This document shows positions 61,337-64,000 of a stretch of 64,000 bases of DNA, one piece after another. The notes beneath the pieces were generated by a model. It did no database searches. It was not told the DNA's origin and saw only the letters and a list, made by a program, of their open reading frames with translations. The first letter of the stretch is position 1, and each line of letters starts with the position of its first letter. The stretch is from assembly GCA_963662465.1 (NCBI GenBank), contig OY759599.1:5536001-5600000 (forward strand), given 5' to 3'. Source of the stretch: Desulfatiglandales bacterium (GTDB taxonomy: Bacteria > Desulfobacterota > DSM-4660 > Desulfatiglandales > Desulfatiglandaceae). The position numbers and the translations under genes were made by a program.

Positions 61337-62071
61337 ATGAGAGAAAAATTTAGTATCCCTGGTTTCAAGCTAGACCTTACGCCTCCGCAGCATATTTTCG
61401 CCAAAGCTCTAAAAAAAAACGGGTTCAAATTTGATATGCTTAGAGGCAGCGCGGCTACAGTTAAATTAGTGAAGGAGCGCAAATATGGGTACATAAACAA
61501 TGATGTTACCCGGCATGGTGGAGTTGTCGGATTTACTTTTCCCCCTCAGTACATAGACGCATCTCCCTTCAGCACTGAGGAGAAAACAATAGAATGGTTT
61601 GTGTCGAAATATCCTGCCTCAAAAGAAAAGGTTAAAACGTACCGTATTTCTAAAGGCATTTACCTTTTCATTCTTGATGTTGATTTAGCCCTCAAGGTCT
61701 GTGGTGTGACCAGTAAAACAGCGATAAGAATTTCTGGTGAGAAGCTCAAAGGTGGTAACTATAAACAAGTCCAGGCTAAAAGTATCAAGTGTTTTCAAAA
61801 AAATGGTGAAGAAGAAGGGGGCGCCATTGTCGGATACCGTGAAGAAGATCTGGATAAAATGCATACCTATCATGATGCCATTAAGGATGTTTTTGGTGCA
61901 TTTGCTCTTTATCCTGGTGAAAAGACACTTGTATTTCCGCCTCACCGTTACAAAAGTCTCTCGCAGGGCGTGGGGGCAGTGGCACTCAAACCGGTTTCGG
62001 GCAACAAAGCAAGGCCTGAACATATAGAAATTCTGAAAAAAATCATCGATGCCTTTCTTGAAACGGCATGA
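61337..62071 (+). CDS. Hypothetical, probably chimeric; C-terminus resembles the DUF2357/McrC-like nuclease tail
   Basis: DLDKMHTYHDAI...AFALYPG...GVGAVALKP; the upstream catalytic D..DAK part is absent. Confidence 0.55.
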   Translation: MREKFSIPGFKLDLTPPQHIFAKALKKNGFKFDMLRGSAATVKLVKERKYGYINNDVTRHGGVVGFTFPPQYIDASPFSTEEKTIEWFVSKYPASKEKVKTYRISKGIYLFILDVDLALKVCGVTSKTAIRISGEKLKGGNYKQVQAKSIKCFQKNGEEEGGAIVGYREEDLDKMHTYHDAIKDVFGAFALYPGEKTLVFPPHRYKSLSQGVGAVALKPVSGNKARPEHIEILKKIIDAFLETA

Positions 62072-62907
62072 AACATCTCGGAATGTCCATGAAAACACGA
62101 AGACTCCTATCGAACACAACCTTTGCAGCCTTCGACATCGAAACCACAGGCCTTACACCGGTGGTGGACGGCATTGTCGAAATCGGTGCGGTGCGATTCT
62201 GTGGAAACCAAGTCATTGATACCTTTGATGAGATGGTAGATCCATTGCGGCCCATCTCCCCCGGCGCATCATCGGTCAACGGGATTACTGATGAAATGGT
62301 TCAGGGAAAGCCCACAATCGAAGAGGCGCTTCCGCGTTTCCTGGAATTCTTAGGTGATGCGGTACCGGTGGCCCATCATGCGCCTTTTGATGTGGGGTTT
62401 CTGGCCTATGAAATTTCAAGGCTGAATCTTGCGGTCCCAGATCAGCCGGTGCTGGACACCTGCGTGATCCCCAAAAGACTGTTCCCGCATGTGCGTCGTT
62501 ACAGCCTCGAAAACCTGGCCCGGTTTTTCAGCCTAAAATCCGAAACCTTTCACCGCGCCCTGGCCGACTCAATGGTGTGTATGAAAATATTGAACCGATG
62601 CGTGGCTGAAATGGGAGGACTTGAACGGGTATCCCTTTCGGAAATCTTTGAGATAAACGGCCCTTCCGTGAGCTTTTGCAGTGGCGGGATCGTTCTGGAT
62701 GCATCCTGTCATCCCCTGCAAGCGGCAATTGAAAACGGCAATGAAATAGAGATCACTTATCGTGATGCTCGGGGCGCCCTGTCTGCTCGAACCATTACGC
62801 CTCTTTCTTTGGGTGTTTCAAAGGGGGCGGTCATGATGGAGGCCTTCTGCCATTTACGAAAAGGAAAACGAAATTTTCGGTTGGATCGCATCGTGGAGAT
62901 TCGATGA
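62068..62907 (+). CDS. DEDDh 3'-5' exonuclease fused to a C-terminal WYL domain
   Basis: FDIETTG, HHAPFD, HRALAD; tail IEITYRD...RTITP...EAFCHLRKGKRNFRLDRI. Confidence 0.88.
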   Translation: MKHLGMSMKTRRLLSNTTFAAFDIETTGLTPVVDGIVEIGAVRFCGNQVIDTFDEMVDPLRPISPGASSVNGITDEMVQGKPTIEEALPRFLEFLGDAVPVAHHAPFDVGFLAYEISRLNLAVPDQPVLDTCVIPKRLFPHVRRYSLENLARFFSLKSETFHRALADSMVCMKILNRCVAEMGGLERVSLSEIFEINGPSVSFCSGGIVLDASCHPLQAAIENGNEIEITYRDARGALSARTITPLSLGVSKGAVMMEAFCHLRKGKRNFRLDRIVEIR

Positions 62908-64000
62908 TCAGAAAACAGAACGCCATCACCGGGAGCGTAATCTATTCCCACTTTCGGCATCTCTGCCCCTATCACACCTGGCTCCTTTTTAATGTGGGGT
63001 TTACGGAAGTAACGCCTGCCCCTTCAGATCGGCTGCTCATGGATACGAGCATTCGCCATGAAGATGAGGCCCTGAGATATTTCAAGAATCAACTGGGGGA
63101 TGAGTGTGTTGAAATCCCGGCTGTTGAGGGTCAAAACACCGAGCAGGATATGGCGCTCAGGGCCGAGAAAACGGTTGTGGCCATGCAGGAAGGGAAACAG
63201 GTTATTTACCACGGTATTCTGGCGCCCGACATGGCACTTCTTAAAAACACTCTCGGCCCGTTGCCTTACAACATTCCCATGCGGGGTGAAACGGATTTTC
63301 TCTTCAGGGTGGATACCGGAGAGAAGAGCAAATGGGGTCCGTTTCATTATGAAGTGGGCGATGCGAAGTCTTCACGGTCCTCAAAATTCTGCCAGCAGAT
63401 GCAGGTGACGTTCTACGCCTGGCTTCTTGCGCACATTCAAGGGGTTTCTGCCCAATGCGGCAGAATTTTAACCCGGCCCCTGGGTGTGGAAGAAATGTCT
63501 GCTCCTTTCAGAGAGGAACTTTTTCTGATTGATGACTACGTCTGGACGCTGAGAACCTTCCTCGAAGAAGAATTCAACGAAATCCTTCAAAAAAATGAAG
63601 AGATGTTTTTCTTTCATCCCAAAGGGGCCTGCGGCATATGCCCCTTTTACGACCGATGTATGGAAAGGGCTGTAGCCGGAAATGATCTTTCTCTTATTCC
63701 GGATATCCGAAAAATCCAGAAACGCCATCTCAACCGGGCAGGTATCATGGAAGTCGCATCTCTGGCCAATGCGGATGACGGTATTTTGAAAAAGGCCGCC
63801 AAAGCCACCGGTGTCACGTTAACCGGGTTCAACAAACTGAAATTGCAGGCAGTATCCCTCATGAGGGAGGAGCCCGTTTCCAGAGAGCTGTTTGCTTCGC
63901 CGAAGGAGGCTTGCCTGGCCATCACCCAGGGGGAACTGGATCTGCCCGGTCAAAAAGAAGGGATTATGTCCCTTGATTTTACGGACTCGGCACGGGTTCA
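62904..64000 (+). CDS. TM0106-family RecB-like nuclease (5' part; runs off window end)
   Basis: Not in ORF track. Manual translation from ATG 62904: MIRKQNAITGSVIY...CPY...RHEDE...GETDFLFRV...YEVGDAKSSRSSK...QVTFYAWLL. Confidence 0.8.
   Translation, partial: MIRKQNAITGSVIYSHFRHLCPYHTWLLFNVGFTEVTPAPSDRLLMDTSIRHEDEALRYFKNQLGDECVEIPAVEGQNTEQDMALRAEKTVVAMQEGKQVIYHGILAPDMALLKNTLGPLPYNIPMRGETDFLFRVDTGEKSKWGPFHYEVGDAKSSRSSKFCQQMQVTFYAWLLAHIQGVSAQCGRILTRPLGVEEMSAPFREELFLIDDYVWTLRTFLEEEFNEILQKNEEMFFFHPKGACGICPFYDRCMERAVAGNDLSLIPDIRKIQKRHLNRAGIMEVASLANADDGILKKAAKATGVTLTGFNKLKLQAVSLMREEPVSRELFASPKEACLAITQGELDLPGQKEGIMSLDFTDSARV

Noticed and set aside
63024..63925. Short ORFs listed at the window end
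   Set aside because: Alternative-frame or antisense shadows of the TM0106-like CDS starting at 62904.
15224..64000. Island as a prophage or ICE with att sites
   Set aside because: No integrase, relaxase, conjugation or phage structural genes and no tRNA or flanking att repeat recognised in the window.

Overview
Bacterial chromosomal window. The gene content and codon style suggest Desulfobacterota, but that is inference only. From 1 to 15.2 kb it is mostly housekeeping (partial aspS, hisS, ArsA-family ATPase, GNAT-nitrilase fusion, ftsY, smc, nitroreductase, patatin), with small toxin-antitoxin and MITE/REP debris. From 15.2 to 64 kb it is a large, partly decayed anti-MGE defence island with no integrase in view. 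The strongest signal outside the ORF track is a promoter motif, TGTGAC-N7-GTCAAA followed at fixed spacing by TGn-TAnnnT (equivalent to TGTCAA-N10-TA-N3-T). It occurs three times (16601, 21095, 60859) and has the geometry of WYL-activator sites (DriD/PafBC type); an HTH-WYL-WCX regulator is encoded divergently from the second copy. Each motif heads a module. Module 1 is an ARPP-1 gene plus a SNF2/DUF1156/DUF499 operon, compressed by many deletions into ordered fragments. Module 2 is an ARPP-1 gene plus a DISARM-related four-gene core (SNF2 helicase split by ISL3, N6-adenine MTase with an in-frame TGA, 2116-aa DUF1998 helicase-nuclease, RelE-like-UvrD helicase). Module 2 also carries a GxxExxY cassette, an integrase-less attC cassette array, YhcG genes with in-frame DNA palindromes, ATPase-nuclease pairs, SbcCD, a kinase-TPR-FHA gene, a Gabija-like remnant and a NERD helicase. 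Module 3 is an acidic Zn-ribbon gene, a DEDDh-WYL fusion and a TM0106-like nuclease. All family assignments come from motif recognition by eye and need HMM confirmation.
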